This document shows, one piece after another, positions 52,891-63,014 of a stretch of 64,000 nucleotides of DNA (positions are counted from its first letter, which is position 1; every line of letters begins with the position of its first letter). Source of the DNA: an uncultured virus (IMG/VR IMGVR_UViG_3300018475_001835) (taxonomy: Duplodnaviria; Heunggongvirae; Uroviricota; Caudoviricetes); IMG/VR virus record IMGVR_UViG_3300018475_001835; one strand, given 5' to 3'. The notes under the pieces are model-generated. The model had not been told where the DNA came from. It was given only the letters and a program-made list of their open reading frames with translations, and searched no databases. The position numbers and the translations under genes are program-made.

Positions 52891-53871
52891 TTAGAGATTG
52901 GTAAGATACTCATCTATGAATTCTTCATTTACATTAGCCATGTTAGTTGTATTTACCATCTCAAGCATAGTATATATTAATTGCGCAGAATTAACTATTC
53001 CATCCATATCTACTGCGCCTTCATGCATAAAATGAGACTTGAGAGCCTCATCTTTAAACACTGATGTTGTAAGAGCTTCAACCATATATCCAAATACAGA
53101 ATTATCTCTAGTTGCTTTCTTCTCATTAATTTTACGTTTAGCTAAACTTAAATAAGATTCAGCTACTACATCATCACTACCATCAATAGCATGAACTTTA
53201 TCCTGTGCGTGCTTAATAATTTCTTCATATTCAATCTTATTAGCAGTATTAGTATCAATGAAATTAGTAATAGCATCAGCAACTCTATCTTTAATAGCTT
53301 TAGCAGCATCAGCAGCATCAACATCTTCGAGCTCTTTATAAAAATCATCAACAGTATTCTGATCTAATGTTTCTCCACCTATTTGGCCCCAGTTTTCAAC
53401 ACTGTCGTCACAGCAATCAAAACCTTCAAGAACTCTATCATAATATTTCTTAGTAATTCTGCTAAACTCAGAGAGAATTAAATTCTTTGTAGCAAATGAA
53501 TTAATAAGATTTCCAGCACCATTCTCAACAACAAATTTATTTACAAGGTTACGAGAAACTACTTTATCTCTTGAAGTCATTGGGAATCCTACTGATTCTT
53601 TATAAAGTTTATAAATACATTCTGCCATGAATGCTTCTTTAATTTTAGTCAATCTTTCAGATCTTGTTATAGATGAATTAATACGAGCTTCATTATATTC
53701 TTTTTGCTGCTCAAAATAAGCTTCACGCTCACGCTGTTCAGCAGTCTGTTCAGCAATAATTTTATCTTGTTCAGATGCAAGTAAATCAGCTTGCTGCTCA
53801 CGATACATACGATCAAGTTGAGAAGCACTAAGAAGCATATTATCTGTAGCTTTATTCATATTATAAATCAT
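52891..53871 (-). CDS. Hypothetical helical virion (head-associated?) protein
   Basis: 326 aa, SD aaggagg, own promoter motif. Confidence 0.7.
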   Translation of the reverse strand: MIYNMNKATDNMLLSASQLDRMYREQQADLLASEQDKIIAEQTAEQREREAYFEQQKEYNEARINSSITRSERLTKIKEAFMAECIYKLYKESVGFPMTSRDKVVSRNLVNKFVVENGAGNLINSFATKNLILSEFSRITKKYYDRVLEGFDCCDDSVENWGQIGGETLDQNTVDDFYKELEDVDAADAAKAIKDRVADAITNFIDTNTANKIEYEEIIKHAQDKVHAIDGSDDVVAESYLSLAKRKINEKKATRDNSVFGYMVEALTTSVFKDEALKSHFMHEGAVDMDGIVNSAQLIYTMLEMVNTTNMANVNEEFIDEYLTNL

Positions 53872-53895
53872 TAGTTCGTACCTCCTTTATAGTCT

Positions 53896-53907
53896 TATTT
53901 AAATGTT
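53896..53907 (-). promoter_or_regulatory. Putative late promoter AACA-N6-TA
   Basis: Minus strand AACA-tttaaa-TA. Confidence 0.65.
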
Positions 53908-53914
53908 TTGATAT

Positions 53915-56900
53915 TTAATAAACTGCAATAGTTATATCTGCAGTACCATCTGCTGTAGTAGATATATTTAAAAATTCAGGGCAAATATCTGCACTAACTT
54001 GCTCATCAAGATATATATGCTGACAAGCAGCACCATAATTATTTACATCTAAGAATTCAAAATATGTTAATTGCTCTCTATAATTATTTGTAATAAGTGT
54101 AATAATATTAGGAATATGAAGTTCATTAATCTCATTAATATCTTCGATATATTCTTTAACATCAATGACAATATCATCACTTATATACTTATCTGCAGAT
54201 GTGTTAGCTTCAAGAGCAAATTTCATTGATAATGCGACGTTATCAATATAATTAGTAACTTTAGTTGTATCTGCTAATTTAATCCAGCCTTCATATGGCG
54301 ATGTAATATAACCCCATTGACCTTTAACTTTAGTTATATTAATTTGATCACCTATAGATAAAGTTCCAACAACATTAGTGTCTTCTTCGCTCTCAGTATT
54401 TTTAAACACTTTAAGTTTTTTAGTAATAACACGAACTTTATACTCTTGAGAAGATGGAATGCTATAATAAAACATTTTAGACGGTCCATATGTATTAAAG
54501 AATTTAAAATCTATATCGAAAGTATCTTCTAATATATATAAGCATTCTTCAATATATTTACGTCTTGTTTCAAGATCATATACAAAATCTTGTACAAGTT
54601 CTTCGGTATTAAGATAATCATTTTTTATCAAAGGAATTCTTTTGATAGCATAATTATATACATAACCACCATCTTCATTTACTTCATATAATGGTTTATA
54701 TGATATAATTTCATTGCCATTGCTATCAAATCTTATAAATTTTTCACATTTAGGCGTATTATCAGAATCTAATAATGGTATCTGATCTACTGTAACAGTA
54801 CTTCTCATCATAGAACTATAATCATAATAGAAATCAATACCGCCATCAACGGTCATTATATTACATAATGTATATCCAGTTAAATCTACAAAACTATAGT
54901 TTTCAATAACACTGATTGATTTTGGATCTTTAAGTAATGTTTCTTGCACAAAGTCAGAATATCTGTTAGTTCTAAGATATCTAAGTATAGCAGTTTCATC
55001 TTTTGATTCATTGCCATTAAACTCTTGAACTTTTTTAATATATTCCTCTTCACCTTGTATTATACTAATTACATTTAGTCTTATTATCTCACCATTATCA
55101 GTATATTCATAGTAAATATTATTTTTTAAGAAAGCGTCAATAACATCTTCTTTTGTTGGTAAAACATTATCAATACTAGTTCTATTATTTACTGTAGATT
55201 CATTTAATAATGTAACTTCAGTCTTAGTACCATTAACATTTTCTATTATAGTTCCAATATTAGTTCCAAGATCAGCAAGAATAAATATTTTAGCAAAAGT
55301 ATTCTTATTCATATAACCATGTGAATTCTCTATACTACCTTTATGCTGTAATTCTTCATTGCCACAGTTATAAATTCCAGTAATATTTATACGATTATTT
55401 AAATCCATATAATCGTCTGTTCCCATATTAAATTTAAATGTATAAATAAATGATTTTGGATCATAGTCTGTTAGCTCTGCTTCAACGTATCTATACGGAT
55501 GAGTTTCTGTTTCATCTGTATAAAGAACCATTACCATACGAATGTATACATCTTCTTTATTCCAAATAACTTCACCATTAGAATCATAAGTATGCTTAAC
55601 TAATCCATAATCGGTATTAATATTATTCTGAGTCATAACGACTTCCATTGTATACTTATTATCTACTTCATGTGTGTTATCTTTATTAAATACATAACCA
55701 CGCTTCCAATTCATATTAGTTGCAATGAATTGTAAATCAGATTCAGTATTAATATTATCAAAAGCAAATGTTTTATTATCATTCATTATAGTAAGAAAAT
55801 ATGAAGATATTAAATCATCATCAATAGTAATAGCAAATGGTGTAGTATATTCAAATACTCTAACCATATTACCATCTTTATTAACTATCATAGGATATGG
55901 ATATTCTTCTTTATCTAATCCTTCTATTAAATTAGATGGTGGTATTATAGTAGCAAAATCATTATCTACATCTGTACCATGGTCATAATAATAAAACTTA
56001 GCTCCAGGTTTAATAACAAGATTATTATTACCAGAAAATCCTTCAAAATCAGTTTGTTTTATTCTTACATTTAGCGTATTAGTTGGATATACATTGCCAT
56101 CTTTTCTCATAAGCATATATGTATAATACATACGCTCAAATTGATTATCTTTCTTTTTCTTAAAATATAATTTACATTCATCATCATTAATTGAATTAAA
56201 GAAATTATTAAGATCAGATGTGTTTATAATAGCCCCACGTGAAGATGCTTCTCTAGGAATTATTTTTCTAATATCTGCTATAGACTTTTTATCTCTACCT
56301 GTTGTTGATATACCATCTAATAACGGATATATATAAGCGTACATGCCGTTGTAATTATTATAAGTTTCTGATTTAAGGCTGATTTTAAAATTATTATTAT
56401 AAGTGAAGTTACCACTAGCACCTTCAGATGTTTGTATATTAACCTTAACTACAGCATTCATTGACGGCATATATGAATCAGGTGAGAATAATACTCTTAT
56501 AGTATTTTCATTAATAAAGCTGTAATAACACCAAGAACCATCTTGTATTGTATAATCTATAAGACCAGAATATACAGGGGTTAAGTGGGTGGTTACTCCA
56601 TTTTCAATTACATCAACGTCAAATGCAGCTAACTGTCCTGTGAAGTCAAATGTAACTGCTTTATTTTCTATAGGGCTACTGGTAAGAATATTCTTTGATA
56701 CTGTGGTTAGAGTAACCTGATGCAATCTTGCAGAGAATGCTACAAAATCAGTTCTATCTATAGTACATTGCATAACTGTAGTAATATATGGGTTTGTCAT
56801 ATCTGATATAGGATTACTTTGTTTAACCTCAGTAGTACCAGTTTTAAATAAATCATATATAGCAGTATATACGTATTTACCTTGAGGATTTTTTGTTCTT

Positions 56901-57355
56901 GTAAATATTACATCATAATCCAAATGAAATTCATGAGAACCAACCATTATTGGGCATTCTCTTGATAAAATAAATTTAGCTTTACCTGTGGTTTCATTTA
57001 TCTCTGTAAAATTTGCTTCCATGTAAGTTATAGGTAAATATATCATCATGGTCATTACAGCAGGTTTAGCATATATATCAGAAATGCCAAGATTCATTGC
57101 ATGATTAATAACATTTTTACTAAATTTAGCCCTTGTTGGTATTGTTTCATTAACATTTTCGGATATTACAACAAGAGAGTTTTGTAATGTTTGTGAGAAC
57201 ATTTCGTTCATATATCCGAATATACCAACTGTCGAGGAGGTATTATCAATATCAGTTATATTATCGTGTCTTACTTGATCTAAGAATTCTGTTATTTCAT
57301 AAATATCAGTACTTAATATATTTTGATTATCTGTATTTGTATTAGTAGATGCCAT
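53915..57355 (-). CDS. Baseplate wedge protein (T4 gp6-like) with SH3b insertion
   Basis: TRAKFSKNV..HA..LG....AKPA, QTSEGASGN, GRDK.S..DIR..IP..ASSR....TSDL; SH3-like VVGTLSIGDQINI..VKGQWGYI...EGWI. Confidence 0.65.
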   Translation of the reverse strand: MASTNTNTDNQNILSTDIYEITEFLDQVRHDNITDIDNTSSTVGIFGYMNEMFSQTLQNSLVVISENVNETIPTRAKFSKNVINHAMNLGISDIYAKPAVMTMMIYLPITYMEANFTEINETTGKAKFILSRECPIMVGSHEFHLDYDVIFTRTKNPQGKYVYTAIYDLFKTGTTEVKQSNPISDMTNPYITTVMQCTIDRTDFVAFSARLHQVTLTTVSKNILTSSPIENKAVTFDFTGQLAAFDVDVIENGVTTHLTPVYSGLIDYTIQDGSWCYYSFINENTIRVLFSPDSYMPSMNAVVKVNIQTSEGASGNFTYNNNFKISLKSETYNNYNGMYAYIYPLLDGISTTGRDKKSIADIRKIIPREASSRGAIINTSDLNNFFNSINDDECKLYFKKKKDNQFERMYYTYMLMRKDGNVYPTNTLNVRIKQTDFEGFSGNNNLVIKPGAKFYYYDHGTDVDNDFATIIPPSNLIEGLDKEEYPYPMIVNKDGNMVRVFEYTTPFAITIDDDLISSYFLTIMNDNKTFAFDNINTESDLQFIATNMNWKRGYVFNKDNTHEVDNKYTMEVVMTQNNINTDYGLVKHTYDSNGEVIWNKEDVYIRMVMVLYTDETETHPYRYVEAELTDYDPKSFIYTFKFNMGTDDYMDLNNRINITGIYNCGNEELQHKGSIENSHGYMNKNTFAKIFILADLGTNIGTIIENVNGTKTEVTLLNESTVNNRTSIDNVLPTKEDVIDAFLKNNIYYEYTDNGEIIRLNVISIIQGEEEYIKKVQEFNGNESKDETAILRYLRTNRYSDFVQETLLKDPKSISVIENYSFVDLTGYTLCNIMTVDGGIDFYYDYSSMMRSTVTVDQIPLLDSDNTPKCEKFIRFDSNGNEIISYKPLYEVNEDGGYVYNYAIKRIPLIKNDYLNTEELVQDFVYDLETRRKYIEECLYILEDTFDIDFKFFNTYGPSKMFYYSIPSSQEYKVRVITKKLKVFKNTESEEDTNVVGTLSIGDQINITKVKGQWGYITSPYEGWIKLADTTKVTNYIDNVALSMKFALEANTSADKYISDDIVIDVKEYIEDINEINELHIPNIITLITNNYREQLTYFEFLDVNNYGAACQHIYLDEQVSADICPEFLNISTTADGTADITIAVY

Positions 57356-57372
57356 ATTTTAATATCCCTCCT

Positions 57373-58464
57373 TTAAATATTATTTGTCCATTTTAATTTA
57401 TAAATTCGTGATTTTCCAGTGCCAGATTTACGTACATTTTGTAAATATTCTTCATCAGCAGTTGTCGGAACAATCACAGGCCATCTGACCCAGCTATTAT
57501 CTACAGAAGATAAATCATAATTATAAGTATTTACAAAAGTAGGTCTTATAACATTACCATTAGAATCGACTTTATTTTTTGCAGGGGTTATTCTATTAAA
57601 TTCACTTAAAATCATTGGATTATTATCCTCTACAAATTGAGCATGGAAAGATGCTGAATATTTAAATCCGTCATTTCCAGGATCTCCAAAATCATTTCTT
57701 GGCACATCTGTAAAAAAGCAACCTGTTAATTTAGCATAATATAAAATAGTCTCTCCATCACTGCCTATTAAGAATTTATAAATAGAAAATTGTTCTGATA
57801 GTATTTTATTTATTATATAATCTTCAAATGGTGAAACTTCTCCCATTTTAAGCATTCTTATATATTCATCATATGCTTTAAGTAAAGTATAAATTTCAAG
57901 TCGAGCAGTATCAGAAAAACTTAGTGAGAAATCATATCCATTATCTGATTTAAAACTATGACCCCTATATTGGATATTGACTCCCATAATATTAGAGGTG
58001 GATTCTCTAGATTCAGATGATATAGATGGCAAATCTAATTTAGAAGTTACAGCATTTGATAACAAATACATAAATGGATTTTTTACTCCATTTCTATCTT
58101 TTAAAGAATATTGTAACTGCTTTAAAGCGTCTCCATGCCTATTATCAGCATCGACAAAAAATGGAATTACTGATAATTCTTTTCTAAGTGTAGATTGACT
58201 ATAAGATTTTCCATCATAAATCCATAAATCTGGTTTTGTGAAGAATAAAAATTCTCTACTTATTTGATCTGTATTATATGGATCTACATATCCAAATCTA
58301 CTAAACTTATCATACCACTCAATATCATCTCTAGAAAATATTTTATTTGAAGCTAAAACTTTATCAAGATCATTAATCTTGATTTGTCTATAACTATCAG
58401 CATAATTTATTTTATTTTTATTTTTAGGATCACTTAATGGTTCCATAAAAGTATGTTGCGCCAT
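57373..58464 (-). CDS. Tail tube-fold / baseplate-associated structural protein
   Basis: Adjacent to the wedge gene; FLFFTKPDL, FSLSFSD..LEIY, YYAKLTGCF.T.VP...Y.ASF pattern. Confidence 0.5.
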   Translation of the reverse strand: MAQHTFMEPLSDPKNKNKINYADSYRQIKINDLDKVLASNKIFSRDDIEWYDKFSRFGYVDPYNTDQISREFLFFTKPDLWIYDGKSYSQSTLRKELSVIPFFVDADNRHGDALKQLQYSLKDRNGVKNPFMYLLSNAVTSKLDLPSISSESRESTSNIMGVNIQYRGHSFKSDNGYDFSLSFSDTARLEIYTLLKAYDEYIRMLKMGEVSPFEDYIINKILSEQFSIYKFLIGSDGETILYYAKLTGCFFTDVPRNDFGDPGNDGFKYSASFHAQFVEDNNPMILSEFNRITPAKNKVDSNGNVIRPTFVNTYNYDLSSVDNSWVRWPVIVPTTADEEYLQNVRKSGTGKSRIYKLKWTNNI

Positions 58465-58491
58465 ATATTCTCACCTCTCTTATTAACTAAT

Positions 58492-58503
58492 TATATCTAT
58501 GTT
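58492..58503 (-). promoter_or_regulatory. Putative late promoter AACA-N6-TA
   Basis: Minus strand AACA-tagata-TA upstream of 58464. Confidence 0.65.
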
Positions 58504-58578
58504 TTGGGCATGTAAATATACCTAAACCTCTATAACAAAAGCAATTATAATTGCATAATATAATAGTAGAAACTTATG

Positions 58579-59052
58579 AAGAGATTGTAATTTACATAGC
58601 TTTTTACATTATATTTAAATCAAACCTGCACATTTATAGTTATTGAATTTAATTCAATTAAAGTTATTATCGAAAGGAATGATTTAAATATGGCTGAAAA
58701 ATATTTGAAAACTGGAGCTCTTAACCCTGCATGGTGTGACGAACAATATGTAGCACATCAAACTGAACGTATCATGGATGGATTGGAGGATTTTCTTAAT
58801 GGTGATATAGATGCAAATCTTAGTTTAGATTTAGGAGATAATGTATCTTTAAATATATCTGGAAAAAGAACAAATAATAAATCCATGTGCGAATTAGTTG
58901 GAATTGACGAAAAAGATTACGAAGCAAAATTTAATTTCATCAAGCAGCATAGTGATAATCCAGAAGATTTAAAATTAGCTAGAGAGATTATTGGATTAAA
59001 TACTTGATAAAGTATATATTTGGCTTAAAGCCACGTAAAACTACAATCTCTT
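58579..59052. repeat. Imperfect ~25-bp inverted repeat (58579-58603 / 59027-59052) enclosing ORF 58690..59007
   Basis: aagagattgtaatttacatagcttt vs reverse complement of right arm aagagattgtagttttacgtggcttt. Confidence 0.7.
58690..59007 (+). CDS. Hypothetical acidic protein
   Basis: 105 aa, SD aaagga. Confidence 0.7.
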   Translation: MAEKYLKTGALNPAWCDEQYVAHQTERIMDGLEDFLNGDIDANLSLDLGDNVSLNISGKRTNNKSMCELVGIDEKDYEAKFNFIKQHSDNPEDLKLAREIIGLNT

Positions 59053-59068
59053 TATTTTTTTGCTATAA

Positions 59069-59080
59069 AACATAATATTA
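59069..59080 (+). promoter_or_regulatory. Putative late promoter AACA-N6-TA
   Basis: AACA-taatat-TA upstream of 59105. Confidence 0.65.
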
Positions 59081-59104
59081 AATATTGAAAGGAGGTCTAT
59101 TAAG

Positions 59105-60424
59105 ATGAATCAATGTCAACAGCTGCACGAAACTATTGTGCGAGACATTCTTGATGTTTTTGATAACGTTAAGAACTTTGATCAAATTGAATGGATTAGA
59201 AGTAGAAATAATGTAGGTTCGATTGCTAAAAGAGCAAGTAATTTAGTTTTAGTATTTCCTGTAATTTGCTCTACATCTATTAATATCCAAACCGCATCTA
59301 TTATTACTAAAGCTATAGAACGTAAATGTGTTTCACTTTTACAGATTCTTTTTAGCTCAATGCAATTAACAAGCGTTGATAACATGTATGATTATCTCAG
59401 ACAATTCCATAGCAATTTAGGTCTTAAAGGAAATCTTACCCTTGATGATTTTATAACTGTTATGGATAGAATGGTTGATGAGGGTGCTGCTCAAATTACA
59501 GACATGGAAGCATACCAAGCTGTTAAAGAAGATATGAAAAATATTAACTATCATCTTAGTACTGAAATTAATCCTACATCTATTAACGAGTACGTAATTC
59601 GTAAAGATATGTATGGCGATTCTCATGTAGTTAGAGAAGATTATAAGAGTTTTCTTAATAAAAAGATTAATACTGCTGTAGATTCTTCTCTTGCTAAACG
59701 CTCTGAAGAAATTTACAATGCATCTAAAAAAGTTGACAAACAGGTTGATTACTTTAGAAATCAACTTTCTACAGGTGAAATTAATAAAGCTAATGAGCTT
59801 ATGCCTACAACAATGATTGTTAATTTTACTACTAAAGATGATAAAGGTTCTACATTTACAACTACTGGCGTAGTTGGTATTAAAGCTAAATTATATCCTG
59901 TAGATTCTATGGATATATGTAATCGTATTGCATCTAAATATAAAGATTCTAATGGTTTATTTAATCTTGTTAGAGCATCTACAAGAGAAATTTCTTTCTT
60001 TAGAGATCTTGCATTTGCTATAGATAAAGCTAAACTTGATGCTGTTATGATGGCTAAGGAATCTAATAATGCTAAGATATTTAAAGTTCTGGAACGTAGA
60101 GCAGCTAAAAATAGATTCTCTGCTTTACTTAAGAAAAATGATGCTTCTCCTATAACATCATTAATTCTTTCACAGGATGAAGTTGAATATCTTAAGAAAT
60201 ATAATTCATTAGATATGGAAAAATCATATGTAACTAGAAAGATTCTTGAGAATTATAACTTAATGGATATTGTTATAGCTGATGAATCTCTTGAAGTTGC
60301 TAAGTTTCTTTTTGATGATGGCGATGGTGTATTTGAGACATTATCGTTTGATTCACTTGAGAAAGAAGCTAAAGATTCTTCATACAAAAAAGTTGTTAAT
60401 CTTATGAGTAGAATAAATCGCTAA
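59105..60424 (+). CDS. Hypothetical virion protein
   Basis: 439 aa, SD aaggagg, in the structural region. Confidence 0.75.
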   Translation: MNQCQQLHETIVRDILDVFDNVKNFDQIEWIRSRNNVGSIAKRASNLVLVFPVICSTSINIQTASIITKAIERKCVSLLQILFSSMQLTSVDNMYDYLRQFHSNLGLKGNLTLDDFITVMDRMVDEGAAQITDMEAYQAVKEDMKNINYHLSTEINPTSINEYVIRKDMYGDSHVVREDYKSFLNKKINTAVDSSLAKRSEEIYNASKKVDKQVDYFRNQLSTGEINKANELMPTTMIVNFTTKDDKGSTFTTTGVVGIKAKLYPVDSMDICNRIASKYKDSNGLFNLVRASTREISFFRDLAFAIDKAKLDAVMMAKESNNAKIFKVLERRAAKNRFSALLKKNDASPITSLILSQDEVEYLKKYNSLDMEKSYVTRKILENYNLMDIVIADESLEVAKFLFDDGDGVFETLSFDSLEKEAKDSSYKKVVNLMSRINR

Positions 60425-60441
60425 GGAAGGAGGAAAGAAAG

Positions 60442-61563
60442 ATGTATACTTATACGAGACCAGATCCTATAAAGGAATCTGATGCTTCGTTTACTGGATA
60501 TATGGTAGATGAGACAAAAATGATTAAATCTTTTGATTATGCTTCTATATATCGTTCACAGCAATTTACTGAAGCTATGAAATATTTCGATAATGATGAT
60601 ACAATGACAAGAAATATTTTATTATCTGTAAATGAAGCTGATCAGAATCTTGTTATGACTTCATTAGCTAATAAGTTATATGGTCATATTACTGAAAAGG
60701 TAGATGAGATAGATTTTGGTACTATTCCTAATTCTAAAGGTGATATTACTAAGATTGATAATTATGAAAAACTTCTTGATTGCGTAAATATCATTTCAGA
60801 TATTCTTCAGCAATATCATCAGGATACTACTCCTGTAGAGACTGTTAGTCTTGCTATACAGAATATGGTTGATAGAACAGATATGTTTGAGAAAGCATAC
60901 AAACTTAACGTAGAAATGCCTATTATTATTTATAATACTATAGTACTTTCTATCGTAAGTGCTGTATCATATATGATTTCATCATGCATCGAATTTGTTA
61001 AGTTACCTGAAGATAAAGGCTTTGAAATTGCAATGGATAAAATTTCAGCAGTTAAAGTCAGAGACTCTATCTTATTTAACGATCTTAAGAAATTCAATAA
61101 GATGTGTGCTGATGGTTCTTTTGATAAAGCAATGGATTATGTAATGAAACAGAACGCTAATAATTTTGCTGGAGCTTCATTCGCATTTGGCGCTAGTTCA
61201 ATTGTAGTTGCTCTTGGACTTTTATTACTTATAATCCCTGTTATTAGAGAACTTATATTCTTCTTCTATTATTCGAAAGCTAAAGTATCTGATTACTTTG
61301 ATGCTCAATCATCTTTATTATTAATTAATGCTTATAATATTGAGAATAATTTATCTAGAGATGAAAAGACCAAGAAGCAGATATCAGGTAAACAACGTAA
61401 AGTTGCTGATGTATTTAAAAAGATTTCTAATACTCTTAAAGTTAATTTAAAGACTGGAGAAAAGAAATCTAGTGACGAAATTAATAAATTAGATAAACAG
61501 AAATTTAAGCATGATGAGGTATTAGATAAGATGCCTGATTCTTCTAATTCTGTATTATTCTAA
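60442..61563 (+). CDS. Hypothetical virion protein with hydrophobic segments
   Basis: FAGASFAFGASSIVVALGLLLLIIPVIRELIFFFYY; second hydrophobic stretch PIIIYNTIVLSIVSAVSYMI. Confidence 0.75.
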   Translation: MYTYTRPDPIKESDASFTGYMVDETKMIKSFDYASIYRSQQFTEAMKYFDNDDTMTRNILLSVNEADQNLVMTSLANKLYGHITEKVDEIDFGTIPNSKGDITKIDNYEKLLDCVNIISDILQQYHQDTTPVETVSLAIQNMVDRTDMFEKAYKLNVEMPIIIYNTIVLSIVSAVSYMISSCIEFVKLPEDKGFEIAMDKISAVKVRDSILFNDLKKFNKMCADGSFDKAMDYVMKQNANNFAGASFAFGASSIVVALGLLLLIIPVIRELIFFFYYSKAKVSDYFDAQSSLLLINAYNIENNLSRDEKTKKQISGKQRKVADVFKKISNTLKVNLKTGEKKSSDEINKLDKQKFKHDEVLDKMPDSSNSVLF

Positions 61564-61576
61564 TTTTAATTAAATA

Positions 61577-61588
61577 AACATTCATATA
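61577..61588 (+). promoter_or_regulatory. Putative late promoter AACA-N6-TA
   Basis: AACA-ttcata-TA about 110 nt upstream of 61699. Confidence 0.55.
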
Positions 61589-61698
61589 AATTATATAAAG
61601 ACACTTTTTACCTTACTTTTTACTTATAATAAAACTTTTTACTTTATTCCTTAAAAAATTTAAATCAAAAATAAATATTTGTAAGGAGGATTACAATA

Positions 61699-62982
61699 AT
61701 GATTTTTAATAGTAATACAACATCACTTGGTGCTAATACTACTATTCCTATGGCTGAAGGCTATGACGCTCATTGCGGTGTAGGTTTAGCTCTCGTTGAG
61801 TCTGCTCGTAATGATTACTCAATGTTCAAAGCTATGATTCAGGCTGATTATAAAGAACTTGCTATTTGTAAAGAGTCAACTGGCGTTGTTATGGAGGGCG
61901 AAATTGCTGCTCTTCACGAGGCAGTTGGTGGCGGTATCTTCAAGAAGATCGTAGAGCTCTTCAAGAAGCTTGTTGCTAAAATTAAATCAATTTTCCACAA
62001 TTTTGCTGCTAGACTTCAGGGTCTTTTCGGCAAGGATGCAGACCTCGTTAAGAAATATCAGACAGAGGTTCTTAGAAAGAGCAATATTAATAAGCTTGAA
62101 GTTAAATGGCGTAAAAAGGCTGATAACTTTGATTCAGTTGCATTTGATCTTATCGACCCCACTGCATTTGACGGTTATGCAAAAGCAAAGGGCGAAAATA
62201 AAGATATTGAAGGTTGGGCTGAAGACTCTTGGGAGCGTGTACAGTTCTTCCTTAAGAAATCTGGTATCGAGAAATGCGAATCAACAAGCGAAGTAGTAAC
62301 TGAGTTTGTAAATAAGAATTTTGCTGATGAAGATACACTCACAATCGGTGATGTAGGCGGCGTTCGTGCAATCTGTGATTTCTTAAGTGGTTATTCTAAG
62401 AAATTTGATACAATGCAGAAAAATATCAATAAGTCTACTACAAATCTTGAGAAGATTGTTAAGTCTTATAACGATAAAGCTAGCGAAGTAGCTGAGAAGT
62501 CAAATGATAAGGGCGTAGCTAATGTTGATGGTAAGTTTGTATCGATTAATCAGGCTAATCATATTTATGATATGGCAGTTGCTTATCAGACAGCTGTTCT
62601 TGCTATTATGCAGGCTACTACTGACTGTGCTAAGATCGATTACAAACAGAACAAAGCTGCTTTCATGAAGGCTGTTACTGTAAGTGAGAAGAAGCTTGAA
62701 GAGTCAACACTTCTTGCTGCTGTAGCTGAGGCTGCTGAAGAGGAAGTTGAAGAGGTTCTTGCTGGCGCTCTTGAGAAGGAAGAAATTTCAGATGTAAGCG
62801 CAGCTTCTACAAATGTTAAGGATGCCGATGTTTCAGATGATCCTGATAAGCTTACTTATGGTCCTGATCAGTATACAGCTAACGCTAAGTTTGATGGTCC
62901 TGTTGATGGCGAGATCGATACAGACCCAAACAGCAAAGACTGTAAAGAAGAATCTGCTTTCTTCGGTAAATTATTCTATTAA
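61699..62982 (+). CDS. Putative internal head protein (paralogue family), likely with cleaved pro-regions
   Basis: LHEAVGGGIFKKIVELFKKLVAKIKSIFHNF amphipathic helix after xxE-A; high-expression-type codons. Confidence 0.6.
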   Translation: MIFNSNTTSLGANTTIPMAEGYDAHCGVGLALVESARNDYSMFKAMIQADYKELAICKESTGVVMEGEIAALHEAVGGGIFKKIVELFKKLVAKIKSIFHNFAARLQGLFGKDADLVKKYQTEVLRKSNINKLEVKWRKKADNFDSVAFDLIDPTAFDGYAKAKGENKDIEGWAEDSWERVQFFLKKSGIEKCESTSEVVTEFVNKNFADEDTLTIGDVGGVRAICDFLSGYSKKFDTMQKNINKSTTNLEKIVKSYNDKASEVAEKSNDKGVANVDGKFVSINQANHIYDMAVAYQTAVLAIMQATTDCAKIDYKQNKAAFMKAVTVSEKKLEESTLLAAVAEAAEEEVEEVLAGALEKEEISDVSAASTNVKDADVSDDPDKLTYGPDQYTANAKFDGPVDGEIDTDPNSKDCKEESAFFGKLFY

Positions 62983-63014
62983 TTATAAATTATCCAATAA
63001 AGGAGGATACAGTA

